From positions 1 through 64,000 of the IMG/VR virus record IMGVR_UViG_3300020577_002429: DNA of 64,000 nt; one strand, written 5' to 3'. The translations under genes were made by a program, and so were the position numbers. Each line of letters begins with the position of its first letter. Within the stretch, counting starts at the first letter, position 1. Positions 33,646 through 44,700 of the stretch are shown piece by piece. This stretch comes from a virus. Its lineage: Duplodnaviria > Caudoviricetes. Under the pieces are notes generated by a model, which worked only from the letters and a program-made list of their open reading frames with translations, made no database searches and had not been told where the DNA came from.

Positions 33646-34055
33646 AACAAGAGTTTCATGACTTAGACTACACTAAAGATCTTCCACCGAAGCTCCAGGA
33701 ATACATGGCAAGCTTTATGGAAGAAAGTCTAGGTGCTAGATTCAATCATGATGGTAAGAAGCACATTAAGTCTAAAGCTAACAAGAAGAAGATATACACA
33801 GAGAATAATGCTAGACAAAGAGATACATACGCACTAACTAGAGCTACAGGACGTATGGTAGACATAGATCCTGAAATAGCAGTAAGTATTTGGCAAGAGC
33901 GTTATTTAGATCATGATTTTGAAGACAGCATGCTAAAGCAAGAAGAAAAACCTGAGCTATTAACTAAACGTGAATTTAAGAAACTCTTAGATAGCGGAGC
34001 TGAGATACCTTTTGAAATGTTAGCTTTTTATATGGACTATTACGATCTAGAATAG
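33510..34055 (+). CDS. hypothetical protein with basic N-terminus
   Basis: 181 aa; last + strand gene before the strand switch. Confidence 0.75.
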   Translation: MATKANKNVKRKKSTPSKKNKPQGATSARKTNKLAGLNPRLFSKIKQEFHDLDYTKDLPPKLQEYMASFMEESLGARFNHDGKKHIKSKANKKKIYTENNARQRDTYALTRATGRMVDIDPEIAVSIWQERYLDHDFEDSMLKQEEKPELLTKREFKKLLDSGAEIPFEMLAFYMDYYDLE

Positions 34056-34319
34056 TCCGATTTGTTTAGCACCTAATATAATAGAACCTAAAATACCAAG
34101 TAATGCCGCTGCCCCCATGACTTTATCTTTATGAGATTCAAGTCTACGTAGTCTTTTATCTGAGTCAGATTTTACTATCTCAAGAGATTCTTCATTTGCT
34201 AAAGATCTACGAGTATGATCTTCTAGAGTCAAATGCTGTTTAGCAAGAGTAATGTCAATACTATCTATTCTAGAGTCCATTTTATCCAATTTTTCCATAA
34301 TACGTTTAATATCCGACAT
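34047..34319 (-). CDS. coiled-coil plus C-terminal TM protein (XhlA/holin-like)
   Basis: Heptad N-terminus, single C-terminal hydrophobic helix. Confidence 0.6.
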   Translation of the reverse strand: MSDIKRIMEKLDKMDSRIDSIDITLAKQHLTLEDHTRRSLANEESLEIVKSDSDKRLRRLESHKDKVMGAAALLGILGSIILGAKQIGLF

Positions 34320-34335
34320 AGCTACCTCTTAAATT

Positions 34336-36477
34336 TTATTTCTTATCTTCTTCTGAAACTGAACGAAACCAGCCCTGTTGATTTAACAAAAATATAGCAC
34401 GATTCTTAACATCACCTTCAGGCATAGACATAACATCCTGTACTTTTTTACCTAAATTAGAATTACCAAGCTTACTAGCAGCTTTAGCTAACTTACTGTT
34501 GGTAACAGCTCCAGCAGCTTGTCCAGCAGCAGCAGCTCCTCTATAACCAATAGATTTTAAATTAGACTGAGAAATATCTCTAGCTAAATTATAGTTCTCA
34601 CCAATACTCTTACCTTTAGTAATTAGGTCATTCACTTGTGGATTATTTAAAACATTTTGAGATGCCTGTAATTTATTGGCGGCATCTCCAGTTTCATTCT
34701 TAGCAGCTTGTTTGAGCTGTTGAGTAAGGTACGTACCAGCATCTTGAGTTTTTAAAACATTAGACGCTGATTCATCAAGACCGATACCAAGCTCTTTCAA
34801 ACCGGCCATCATGTCTCTATATTTAGTATCTAACTCTGGAGCACCTTTGATATTAGACTTAACGATATCATCAATCTTTGCAACTAGATCTGGTCTACCC
34901 ATCTGCTCAGCGTAAGATTTCAAACTATTCAAGTTAACATCTTTAATAGTTGCTAAGTTAGTATTAGGTGCTGAGTTCTTAAGAATATCAACTTGATTAA
35001 GTAATCCAGAAAATGCCGAATTATTAGTTGCTTGCTTCTGTTCAATAAGATTAGCTATCTGCTTACTAGCATCAGCATTACCTTTTTGTAATCTTTGTAT
35101 TTCAGCTTGTAACGGATCTGTTTGTGTTAATATGTCACGAGAAGATTTATCAACTACAGCTTCAGATTTACCAGCCTTATTTGATGTAAGTTTAGCTTCT
35201 GATACCTCGTACCCCAAATCTTTAAGTTCTTTTTCTTTATAGAACTTATCTTTAACTTTTTGACGGAGTTCATCCTCTATCTCCGCTTTTTCGGCAGCAC
35301 TAGCAATCTTCTTTTGTTCTCTCAGAAGCATGATATCTTCTCTAATTTGGAATAACTCATTATCTAATTGCTTTTTCTGAGATAGATTTTCAGCAGCAGT
35401 ATCAATAGATGAAATACCTTGCTCAGCTTTTTTGTAGCCAGTAGCAGAAGTCATCTCTTTCTTAGCTTTAGAAGCGTTAAGAATTGATACTTTAAGTTGT
35501 TTAATCTTATCATCACTGATGGACATGTCATTTCTTAGTTTATTAATAGTAGAATCTACGGAACGAACATCAATCATTCCACCACGTACTTGCTGTTCAG
35601 CTAACTCATCAGCCAACTTATCAAGATCCGCTTGAAACTTCTCAGGAGCATCAATTTTTAAACGCTTAACTGCCTTTCCGTATTCAGTTTTAAAATCATT
35701 AGCCTGATTGGTTACCGCATTAACAATATCATCCGATGTTTTAAGTAATTCTTTATTAAATAATTCAGGGGCTTCTTTGCTAACTAAATCAGCACCTTTT
35801 TTAGATTTGTTAAATATTTTACCAGTCTTTTGACCAACTTCACTAGCGGCAGCATAGTCAGCAATATTTCCAAGTCCCTTTAAACCACCACCAAGTATAG
35901 CACCGACACCAGCACCAACTCCAGCACCTTTTAAAACATCAGCAGCCTTAAGATTTTCTAATTCTTTTTCTTGTGCAGCAGCACTAATAGCACCGCCAGT
36001 AGCTCCCGCAGTAGCACCGGCCTTAGCCGCTTGCATAACACCTCGTACACCCTTAGCTCCGGCACCTAAAGTTTTAGCCGCAGCAAATCCTGGAGTGGCA
36101 AATCCGCCAACAAGTTCAGATAACAGTGCAGTTTTAGGATTAGCTTCAGATTGTTCGACACTTTTATCTCTAGATAAATCTCTAGTTTTATAATACTCAG
36201 CAGCAATTTCTTCAGGATCTAAAGTTGGTGCAGCAAACTCAATATCCTGAATGTTGCCACCTGTATTTTTTAATCCAGCAACCCTAAGTCCTCCAGATAC
36301 TAACCCTTGTAATCGGTCAGAAAGTCCCATAGTGACACCTTCTAGACCTTTTCCTACAGCAGTAGATAAGATACTAGGATCTTCTTTTTGAGGAGTATCA
36401 AAGTCAGAAAAGTCATAAGAACTTTCTTCTTTTGCTGGTGCATCAAAATCTGAGAAGTCATACTGTTTATCAGACAT
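34336..36477 (-). CDS. internal virion/DNA ejection protein (large)
   Basis: YDFSDFD N-terminal repeats, Gly/Ala-rich TM-like region, position after tail genes as in podoviruses. Confidence 0.65.
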   Translation of the reverse strand: MSDKQYDFSDFDAPAKEESSYDFSDFDTPQKEDPSILSTAVGKGLEGVTMGLSDRLQGLVSGGLRVAGLKNTGGNIQDIEFAAPTLDPEEIAAEYYKTRDLSRDKSVEQSEANPKTALLSELVGGFATPGFAAAKTLGAGAKGVRGVMQAAKAGATAGATGGAISAAAQEKELENLKAADVLKGAGVGAGVGAILGGGLKGLGNIADYAAASEVGQKTGKIFNKSKKGADLVSKEAPELFNKELLKTSDDIVNAVTNQANDFKTEYGKAVKRLKIDAPEKFQADLDKLADELAEQQVRGGMIDVRSVDSTINKLRNDMSISDDKIKQLKVSILNASKAKKEMTSATGYKKAEQGISSIDTAAENLSQKKQLDNELFQIREDIMLLREQKKIASAAEKAEIEDELRQKVKDKFYKEKELKDLGYEVSEAKLTSNKAGKSEAVVDKSSRDILTQTDPLQAEIQRLQKGNADASKQIANLIEQKQATNNSAFSGLLNQVDILKNSAPNTNLATIKDVNLNSLKSYAEQMGRPDLVAKIDDIVKSNIKGAPELDTKYRDMMAGLKELGIGLDESASNVLKTQDAGTYLTQQLKQAAKNETGDAANKLQASQNVLNNPQVNDLITKGKSIGENYNLARDISQSNLKSIGYRGAAAAGQAAGAVTNSKLAKAASKLGNSNLGKKVQDVMSMPEGDVKNRAIFLLNQQGWFRSVSEEDKK

Positions 36478-37877
36478 TAGATCTTTCCATTCTCTTTTAA
36501 TATTTTAATCGCCTCATTCTTATCTTTTATGTTATTCTTTTTCATAAAAGATTCAATCTTAGCATCGTCTACCGCTGGAGTTAGTTGTTGTTGCGGTTCA
36601 GACAACATAGGATCAATTAAATCCAAATCTGACTCAGCAAGACCTCGCTGTAAGGCATTTTTCTTAATTCCAGATAAGTGTCTATTGTACTGTTTTTGTG
36701 CAATTGTTCTATTCATTTCGGCAAGCTTTAAAACCTGTTGGATGAACTCTTTAGGGATCACACGAGGATTGTTTCCAAGCTTAGACATTTGATTTTCAAG
36801 TTGAGCTTTAAGAGAAACACCCTGTTGCGCTAAACTAATCTCACCTTCACGTACTGCTGAGTTAGGATCGAATCCACGTACTGTTCTATATAATACGTCG
36901 ATATCTTTAACTCCAGAGGGATCTTTTAATGCGGACATAGCTGATGTATACTGTTCTTCTGCCGTACTAATTTTCTTATAAGCATCAGACTTAATCAATC
37001 TATCATGTTGACGTTCCGCAAAGTCTAAATTTTTAGTATTAATTTTAGTAGCTTTATCAGCAGACATAGCTTCACGCTGCATAGCTAAATTTTCTTTCTT
37101 AGCATCTTGAGCCATCTTAGCTGATACAATATTACCCAACATTCCTGTTGTTTTCTGTAAATCTGCCATAGACATTTTATCACTAATAGCTACAGGTACG
37201 TTAGCAATCTTAGCATAGCTTGCCATATACTCTCTAAACGCCTTAGAAACATCACTATTAGGATCATTTTCTTTTTCTTTATCACCAAGTTCAAAAAGAG
37301 CTTTCTGCTCAGAGATAACTTGATTCTTACGTTTAAAACTTTGATCTTCTTGTTCCATCTCAGACTTACGGCGAGCTTGAAGGTCAGTAACATCTTTATT
37401 AGCTAAATCAACAAAGTCCTGTCCATACTTCTCATCAGCATTAACACCAGCAATAGATGCTCCGATTTTATTAGCAGCCCTAGCCATTAATATATTACGG
37501 ATAGTATCATTAGCATTTGCTTGCTTATTCATCAGTTCATTATCAGACTCAGGCTTTGGTAAGTTAGCCAGTAAGTCAGCTAAAGAAGCTTTCTTTTCAA
37601 TAGGAGCTACTTCTTCTTGAGGAGCAGGAAGTTCTTGTTTAGGCATAGATGGAAGAGAAGGCTTGATAGTAGGTTTAGGAACGCTAGCTTGAATAACGTC
37701 AGGTTGTTCATTAGTAAAGTCCAACGTAGGCTTTCGTTCAGGATATGCCATAGGACTTGGGTAAATAGACGGGTTTAAATTTGGTGCAACTTCATAAGCT
37801 GGAGAATTACCAACTTGATCAACAAGTTCATTTTGCTGAGGAATACCTGCTAATAATTTTTTTAATAAATCATTCAT
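36477..37877 (-). CDS. internal virion/ejection protein
   Basis: Helical, contains D+DVLYRTVRGFDPNSAVREGEI; synteny. Confidence 0.6.
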   Translation of the reverse strand: MNDLLKKLLAGIPQQNELVDQVGNSPAYEVAPNLNPSIYPSPMAYPERKPTLDFTNEQPDVIQASVPKPTIKPSLPSMPKQELPAPQEEVAPIEKKASLADLLANLPKPESDNELMNKQANANDTIRNILMARAANKIGASIAGVNADEKYGQDFVDLANKDVTDLQARRKSEMEQEDQSFKRKNQVISEQKALFELGDKEKENDPNSDVSKAFREYMASYAKIANVPVAISDKMSMADLQKTTGMLGNIVSAKMAQDAKKENLAMQREAMSADKATKINTKNLDFAERQHDRLIKSDAYKKISTAEEQYTSAMSALKDPSGVKDIDVLYRTVRGFDPNSAVREGEISLAQQGVSLKAQLENQMSKLGNNPRVIPKEFIQQVLKLAEMNRTIAQKQYNRHLSGIKKNALQRGLAESDLDLIDPMLSEPQQQLTPAVDDAKIESFMKKNNIKDKNEAIKILKENGKI

Positions 37878-38890
37878 TAGTAACCCCTTCTTCTGGCTTC
37901 TTCATAATCAGCCTCAGTAAGAGGAGCTTTTGTATCAGCCTTATTTGACGCCAATGCTGCTTGACCTAGACCGGCACCAATGCCTTGAAACATGCCAGCT
38001 GTTCTATTCGCATTATTAGTATAATTAGCTGCTTGGTTTTGAGCAACACCGGCTTTAGCACCAGCTAAATTCATACGATTAGCGAAGTCTGTTTGTAAAA
38101 GACCTTTGTTATAAGCCTGATCTGTATTCTTAACTCCAACATTCTTGTCACCAACATTTTGTTGGCGAGTAACGTCAGATTGTAAAGCTTGGTTAAACCT
38201 ATCAACATTAGAACTATTTACTCTAGCACGTTGTCCTAAATTTGTCAACTCTCTAGCGTCGGTAGCCGTAGCTAAATTACCCTGTCTATTGTAGTCAGCA
38301 TTTTCCATACCAGAAGCTAAGTTAGCACCTTGAGTAATAGCTTGCAAAGCTCTAGATAATCCTTGAGCCTGTGTAGTGCGAGCGTCTTGAGCACCACGAT
38401 TAGCACTACTTTGAGACTCCATCATTTTTTGAGCAAGAGCCATATCAGAATTACCAACACCACGCATGTCTTGATTTTGTTGTAAAGCTTTTAATTTACT
38501 GGTCAAGTCGGCTTCTCTAGAAGATCTTTGTTCTTGTAGTTGATTTAACTCATCAGCAGTAAAGCCTTTACCAGAAATTTGTTGTAAAGTATTTAATGCA
38601 TTCATCTGCGCTTCTTTTAATCTAGGATCTAGTTGAATGTCAGCTAAAGCAGATTGACCTGCCAATTGCTCAGCATTTTCTGTCTGAATATTTCCACCCA
38701 ATAATGGACCTACGTTGTACTGCTCAGAAGCAACTTTCATAGCTTCAATATCCGGAACGGACAAGTTAGCATATAAATCTTTAATGCTGGCAATTTCAGA
38801 AGCAGCTTTATCCCGATCTCCTTGAGACAACGCATTTCCAGCAACTCCGCCAACAATATTTGCTAAACTAGCTAGTAACAATGGGTTCAT
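37877..38890 (-). CDS. internal virion/ejection protein (Ala/Gln/Gly-rich)
   Basis: MNPLLLASLANIVGGVAG N-terminus typical of pilot/ejection proteins. Confidence 0.65.
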   Translation of the reverse strand: MNPLLLASLANIVGGVAGNALSQGDRDKAASEIASIKDLYANLSVPDIEAMKVASEQYNVGPLLGGNIQTENAEQLAGQSALADIQLDPRLKEAQMNALNTLQQISGKGFTADELNQLQEQRSSREADLTSKLKALQQNQDMRGVGNSDMALAQKMMESQSSANRGAQDARTTQAQGLSRALQAITQGANLASGMENADYNRQGNLATATDARELTNLGQRARVNSSNVDRFNQALQSDVTRQQNVGDKNVGVKNTDQAYNKGLLQTDFANRMNLAGAKAGVAQNQAANYTNNANRTAGMFQGIGAGLGQAALASNKADTKAPLTEADYEEARRRGY

Positions 38891-40752
38891 TAGTATTCCT
38901 CACCTTGAATTAATTTTAATAAATTATTATATCCAATATTTTTCAACTGGTCTTGGATTTGTTTATTGACGCCGCCCACAGCTTGTTGTTCGGCTTGAGT
39001 TTGAGCTGCCCAGTTATCCATTTCGCCGTAATTATTAGCATTTCTTCCACCAGCGTAAGTATAGCCAGCATTACGCATAGCTAAATCATTAGCTACTCGA
39101 TTAGCATTTGCGTTCTCTACGGATAGAGTAGGACCAATGCCAGCAACACCAATAGATGATAGTGTTGGATTTTCTAATATATCAGTAGCACCAGTAAAAG
39201 CATCTTGTAGATTGTTAGTTAAATTTGGAATATTACCAGTAAGTAAACTGTTAGGAACATTAACAATTGCGTCCAGAAAATTCATAGCACCACCGCCAAC
39301 AGAGTTTCTGCTTTGTCTAGCGATGCCTTGACCATATAAATAGTCGTCAAGAGTTGCTGTAGCATTAGATGCTCCGTAACCTTTTTTACCACCACCCATA
39401 GACTGAGTATCAGATCCTGATGCAGAGTAACGCTGAGATAAATCTTTATTTAAAAAGTCTTGAGCGCGAGCATTTAAAGCTTCATCTAAAGATGATTCGC
39501 CAATTTGCTTATTACCAAATTTAGATAACTTAGCATTATTAGTACCACCAGTAAGAGCAGCTAAAGCATTTAGGTTATCCATATCCTGTTGATTAACAAC
39601 ATCCTGTCCAGACATAGCTTGAGTGTCTAATAGTCCCGTATCAAGAAAACTATTAAGTCCTCTATCTTTTAGTACATTAAACAATCTGATTTGTTTTTGC
39701 TGAGGCGTTTCATTAGGAGTCATCTTTTGGGCAGTAACCGTACCACCACCAATACCAGCAGCTTTATCTACATCTTGAACATTACCTAATTGTAAAGTGT
39801 CATAAAGAGCTTGAGATACTTCGCCAGTATCTTGAAACTTTTTGTAGTCAGCTTCAAGTCTAGATTTAGTAGCAGCTTTAGCTTGATTAATTTGACCAAC
39901 TCGATCAGTTAGAGCCTTTTGCTGCTCAGCACTCATTTCACCAAGTCTATTATTAAGACCTAATTCAGCAGCAGCTTGAGCAGTAGATAACGTACCTACT
40001 TCTTCTTGTTTAGCCGTAGCAACATTCTTATTTTCTTGTAAGCCTTTAGTGTTAGCTTGTAAGTTTTGATTAACTTGATTTAACGTACCAGACTTATCTT
40101 GAGATAATAAAGCATTATCTAGATTTTGCAGTCCAGCCCTTTGATTTCTACTATTGATAGCTTTCTGTAACAACACAGATCTATCATTAAAATTATTTAA
40201 TTGAGATTGACGTTCTTTATTTGTATCATAAGCTTTAGCTGATGCAGCCATAGCTTCATTGGCTTGCTTGTTAGATTCTTCTTTTAATTTAGAAGACGTA
40301 TCACCTGTAGCAATACCTCTAAAAGTATTCAATTGATCTTGATTTTTAGAAATATCAGCAGCTGCTTGTGCTCCAGATAAGTTAGTAGCATACCCCTCAA
40401 CACCATAAGCTTTACCAGTTGGTGTCGGCGGTTGGACAGTATTAGCTGACTTTAATTTATTAGTAAAATCTGAAGTAGTTCCGGTAAGGTTGCCGATGTT
40501 TTGATTGGCAGCACCAGCCTCATTTATCTCACGACCAGTAGTTTCTTTAAGACCTGTAATTTCTTTATTAACATTAGAACCAATAGCACCAGCTAAACGC
40601 TGACCGCTGCCTTGATTAGCACTTAAGTACTTTTGAAGAGTAGAATACTGTCCTGTAGGAGTCTGAGTGCCGCTAGTAGACGCTGGCTGAGGAGCAACAT
40701 TAGACGTTGCGACCGTTTTGTTTGGATCAGTTGGATTAGAAATAGTAGCCAC
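38890..40752 (-). CDS. virion structural/ejection protein
   Basis: 620 aa Gln/Asn/Ala-rich; GTG start with GGGGAG RBS and late motif upstream. Confidence 0.6.
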   Translation of the reverse strand: MATISNPTDPNKTVATSNVAPQPASTSGTQTPTGQYSTLQKYLSANQGSGQRLAGAIGSNVNKEITGLKETTGREINEAGAANQNIGNLTGTTSDFTNKLKSANTVQPPTPTGKAYGVEGYATNLSGAQAAADISKNQDQLNTFRGIATGDTSSKLKEESNKQANEAMAASAKAYDTNKERQSQLNNFNDRSVLLQKAINSRNQRAGLQNLDNALLSQDKSGTLNQVNQNLQANTKGLQENKNVATAKQEEVGTLSTAQAAAELGLNNRLGEMSAEQQKALTDRVGQINQAKAATKSRLEADYKKFQDTGEVSQALYDTLQLGNVQDVDKAAGIGGGTVTAQKMTPNETPQQKQIRLFNVLKDRGLNSFLDTGLLDTQAMSGQDVVNQQDMDNLNALAALTGGTNNAKLSKFGNKQIGESSLDEALNARAQDFLNKDLSQRYSASGSDTQSMGGGKKGYGASNATATLDDYLYGQGIARQSRNSVGGGAMNFLDAIVNVPNSLLTGNIPNLTNNLQDAFTGATDILENPTLSSIGVAGIGPTLSVENANANRVANDLAMRNAGYTYAGGRNANNYGEMDNWAAQTQAEQQAVGGVNKQIQDQLKNIGYNNLLKLIQGEEY

Positions 40753-40771
40753 TTATACTCTCCCCTATATT

Positions 40772-40782
40772 AATATATGTTA
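40772..40782 (-). promoter_or_regulatory. putative late promoter TAACATATATT
   Basis: 19 nt upstream of gene 38890-40752. Confidence 0.75.
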
Positions 40783-40793
40783 ATATCCCCTCG

Positions 40794-41201
40794 TTAAGAA
40801 GCAAAAAACACTATTGTAACGTCATAATCTTTATTAGGTAATAACCCTGTAATCTGTGTAATAGTGATAATGTCACCATTTAATGAATAAGTGACAAAAG
40901 GACTACCGGCTAACATACTACCATCATAACTTCTAACATTAATAACTATTGAACCTTTGGGCTTAGTCTTTAATGTATACTTAATCTGGCTGTTTCCAAT
41001 AGGCTTTCCGGTAGCATCAACCCTAGCCTTATAGGTAGCTGTTAATGCGCTTAGATTCTCGTCTATTGTGATATTATTATTAAAGGCATAATATACCTGT
41101 TCTTGGAACAGATTGAATACAGAGGCTAATTTCTCAATTAAAGGTTGATCCTTGGCATCATAGTCTTCTTTTACTAAACGCTTAAAAGCCGATATCTTCA
41201 T
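40794..41201 (-). CDS. small virion protein
   Basis: 135 aa in tail cluster. Confidence 0.65.
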   Translation of the reverse strand: MKISAFKRLVKEDYDAKDQPLIEKLASVFNLFQEQVYYAFNNNITIDENLSALTATYKARVDATGKPIGNSQIKYTLKTKPKGSIVINVRSYDGSMLAGSPFVTYSLNGDIITITQITGLLPNKDYDVTIVFFAS

Positions 41202-41701
41202 TATTTTCCACCATGATAACGTAATCTATTAGCATTTCTAAAAGAATCGTACATCTGATCGTATTTTTCAGTTAAGGCTTTAGCTTCGTTATCATTAACA
41301 TTTGGATCATTAATCTGATCGTCAATTTGTTGAAGCTGACTATCTTGTTCATCGTCAAACTCTAACCCTTCAGCTAAAACATTCTTCTCATACTCAGGAG
41401 TACCTTGTTTATACTCAACGCGTATAGGCATTTCATCATCCCTAACAGCACTACCAGGATTTTGATTACGAAGAATAGCTGCTAAAGCTCCATACCCACC
41501 ACTTTCAGGTTCTTCCATAGCTGGCTGTCTTTTTTGGATGGGAACAATGCTGTCCACTTTAGATTGTACAGGACTAGCTCTGTCGAAGTCTTTACTGTAA
41601 CCGATATAGTCATTTGAATTAAATGCCTTATTAGTAGGTACAGCTTGATCTCTAGGATTTTTAATTATTTGTCCAGTAATAGGATCTATTTTATATGCCA
41701 T
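41201..41701 (-). CDS. hypothetical virion-region protein
   Basis: 166 aa. Confidence 0.65.
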   Translation of the reverse strand: MAYKIDPITGQIIKNPRDQAVPTNKAFNSNDYIGYSKDFDRASPVQSKVDSIVPIQKRQPAMEEPESGGYGALAAILRNQNPGSAVRDDEMPIRVEYKQGTPEYEKNVLAEGLEFDDEQDSQLQQIDDQINDPNVNDNEAKALTEKYDQMYDSFRNANRLRYHGGK

Positions 41702-41702
41702 A

Positions 41703-44700
41703 CTATCTCCTGTATGCTCTATCGCTAGTTATTTCATATTTATAGCTGATGCCCAGGATGTTGTATTTCATCCAAGCACTATCATGGAACACTCGACACT
41801 TAATATGACGACATCTTTGTTTCATTCTAGGGATGAGAGTTCTTAGTGGATAAGAAGTACCATTACCACCAAATGCAGTTTCACCAAATACAGCTTTACC
41901 GAAATTACCATCACCATCTAAAGTAAAAGTCACATTCTCAAAGTTACCAGAAAGATCTGTAGCATACCCTAAAGTAATCTTATTCAAACTATTCTGCTCA
42001 ACCATAAGAGTACCTTCGGAAACATGCTTTAACATAGAAGGATCTCCCAAGGTGAAGTACTCCCACACTATCTCAGACTTAATACTTTGATAATGAACAA
42101 CGTCACCAATAGAGAAAGGCATATTGTATGCTATCTTTATGTAGTTCTGCGAAGCGTTTACCTCAGTTACAATTAAATCCAACTCTTCCATTCCAACTGA
42201 TAAATCATAGTTAGAAAAGAAAGCAGAGGTAGACGTATTAAGCGAATTAACAATATCGTTAAATTCTCTTTGTACTATTTTATTGTCCGTTTGACCACTA
42301 AAGTAGTACGATTCTTGTAACGTACCATTTTCAGCAACATTAAGATCAATATTCACTTCAATGACTTGAAATCTAGACGCTGTAGAATTAATTACCTTGT
42401 ATGGTCTAGCATTTTGTAAACCTGTAGGTGGGACCGCCGTTACCGGAGTTGCACTATTTGTGTAAGTAATTACATCACCGTCTACTAATCCATGCTCAGG
42501 AAATACCACCTCAGAAGTTGTGTAATCTATGTCCTGAACAAGATTAAATTGTAGAGTTTTAGAAACTCCAGTAAATATACCTATGCCTAGAGTTGAAATA
42601 GTTTTAGTAAGAATGTTAGGTAGTAAGTTAGTAAGCTTGAAAGTGTTAGTTGTAACATTGACAACTCTATAGTAACTATCTGATGTTAATGCCACTGGAG
42701 TAGCAGAAGTAAATTTTACAATGTCATTTTCTTCAAATCCATGACTAGCTATTGTAATAGTGTTAGATGCCGTACCAGAGAAAACATTAGATATTCTAGT
42801 GGTATCTTTAATATTTAATTCCGTTACTAAATCTATCATACCATCAGTAAGATCTGCTCCACCAAGCATTGTAAGCTTAGGAAATGTAGAAGAGAAGTTT
42901 AAAGTTGGATCGGTTTTAAGTCTAGCAACTAAGTCATTGTACTCATCAGGAGATAAGTATTGTTCTTGTGTGACACTATCTCCAATTTCAATACCTGATA
43001 CATTATCCATATAAATTCTATTTTGCGAAAAAGCCGATATTGTTCTATCAAAACTTCTATCAACATAATCACGAGAATTAAGCTTCTTACGTTCAACTTC
43101 GATGGCCGGAGTATCGTCAACACCTAAGTATAGTTTATTCTTACTGCTAACAACACCGCAAATACCAGACTTATCAAATGAAGTCCATGTTCTAGTAAAG
43201 CTATTATATCGATACGCTATAGTTGCTGTCTCATCGGATTCATTATCAACTATAAACAGGATATACGCTCTATCAGCTTCATAGCTAATACCAAAAGACG
43301 CAGTAGCATAGTTTGTAAAGTTCTCAGAAGAAGCTCTATTAAACGTATTTTCAATAGGTCTAGAGATAACACCTACTCCAGTTTCGGAAGCAGTTGATAC
43401 GCCTTGTACTCCCCAGAAGTAGATTTGGTTATTTAATATAGTAGCACTATCAGGAGCGAGTAATATACCAGAGTTATCAAAGAAAGCAACATTAAAGTTT
43501 GATTCATTCTCCCCGGTAAGACGATATAAACCCTCTTCTTTGAAGATAAATAAACTATCACGTAAACCTAAGATGCGAAGAATTGCTTTATCCTGTGGAC
43601 CAATTCTAAATGAATTAGTTGTTGGAACCGCTTCTGGTTGTTGTACTTTAGAGAACATTAAAACATTGTTTCCAATATTATTAGTTGAATTTACCGCAGT
43701 AGCAATGTCAGGATTAAAGCTAACATTAGATTGAAATCCAGTACCTAGTATAGAAAATGATGTAGCTGAGAAATTCTTCTCTTCTAAATAAAACTGACCG
43801 GGCAAACTGTTTGACGTAGCTAGGTAGTAAGCATATACCGGACTAGACGTAGTAAAATTAATTACTTTAACTAGAGATTTAGCTGTATCTTCAATAGCCG
43901 AAGCTGGACTGAAATAACTAGATAATTTAGCAAATCCTAAAGATATGTTCTCACCAAAACCATCTTGAGTTTTAGCAATAGAAACCAAAGAAGTACCCGA
44001 TTGCGTAGCACTAGCAACATCAGTCACTGCGCCAGAAGTAATTGTAGTAACAGTTAACTCACCAGTAGCAACTTCTTCTATTGTGAAAAAATCACCAGTT
44101 AAGTCAACAGCATCTTTAATTCTAGACCTAACCTCATCCGCGGTAACAGTAGCAACTGTGTATAAGTCAACTTTAAACAACACACGTCCGGGGACGGTAG
44201 GAGCTACGTCTATAGCTGACTTAGCAAACCAGAATGAATACTTGATTTTATCATCAATAGAAGTTAAATTGAAATAATCAGAAGATACTACGGAAGCAAA
44301 GGGTTGAGCAACTAAACTAGTTACTTCAGGTTTACCAACAAAGAAATATCTATTTGTTTGCGTATTCTTAGTGATAGTTACATAAGTACGATATAATACA
44401 TAATTTAATCCAAACAAAGCACTATCAGCATTGATAGTAATACTAGTAGGAGAAACAGCTGTAACAACATACTGACCATCAACGCTAGTAGTATTAGCTA
44501 AGGCAACGTACTCACCAAGTTGAACGCCATGTCCAGAAGGGAGAGTAATTACTGCCGGATTACCAACAGCGGCTGGAGCATCAATAGGAGCTTTAAATCC
44601 ATCAAATCCCAAGAAAGTTAAATCTAACTTCTGAGTCGTTTTAGTATTAGCAAACCAAGCTCTATCTTTATAGACACAGATATCTTCACATACTGGAGGT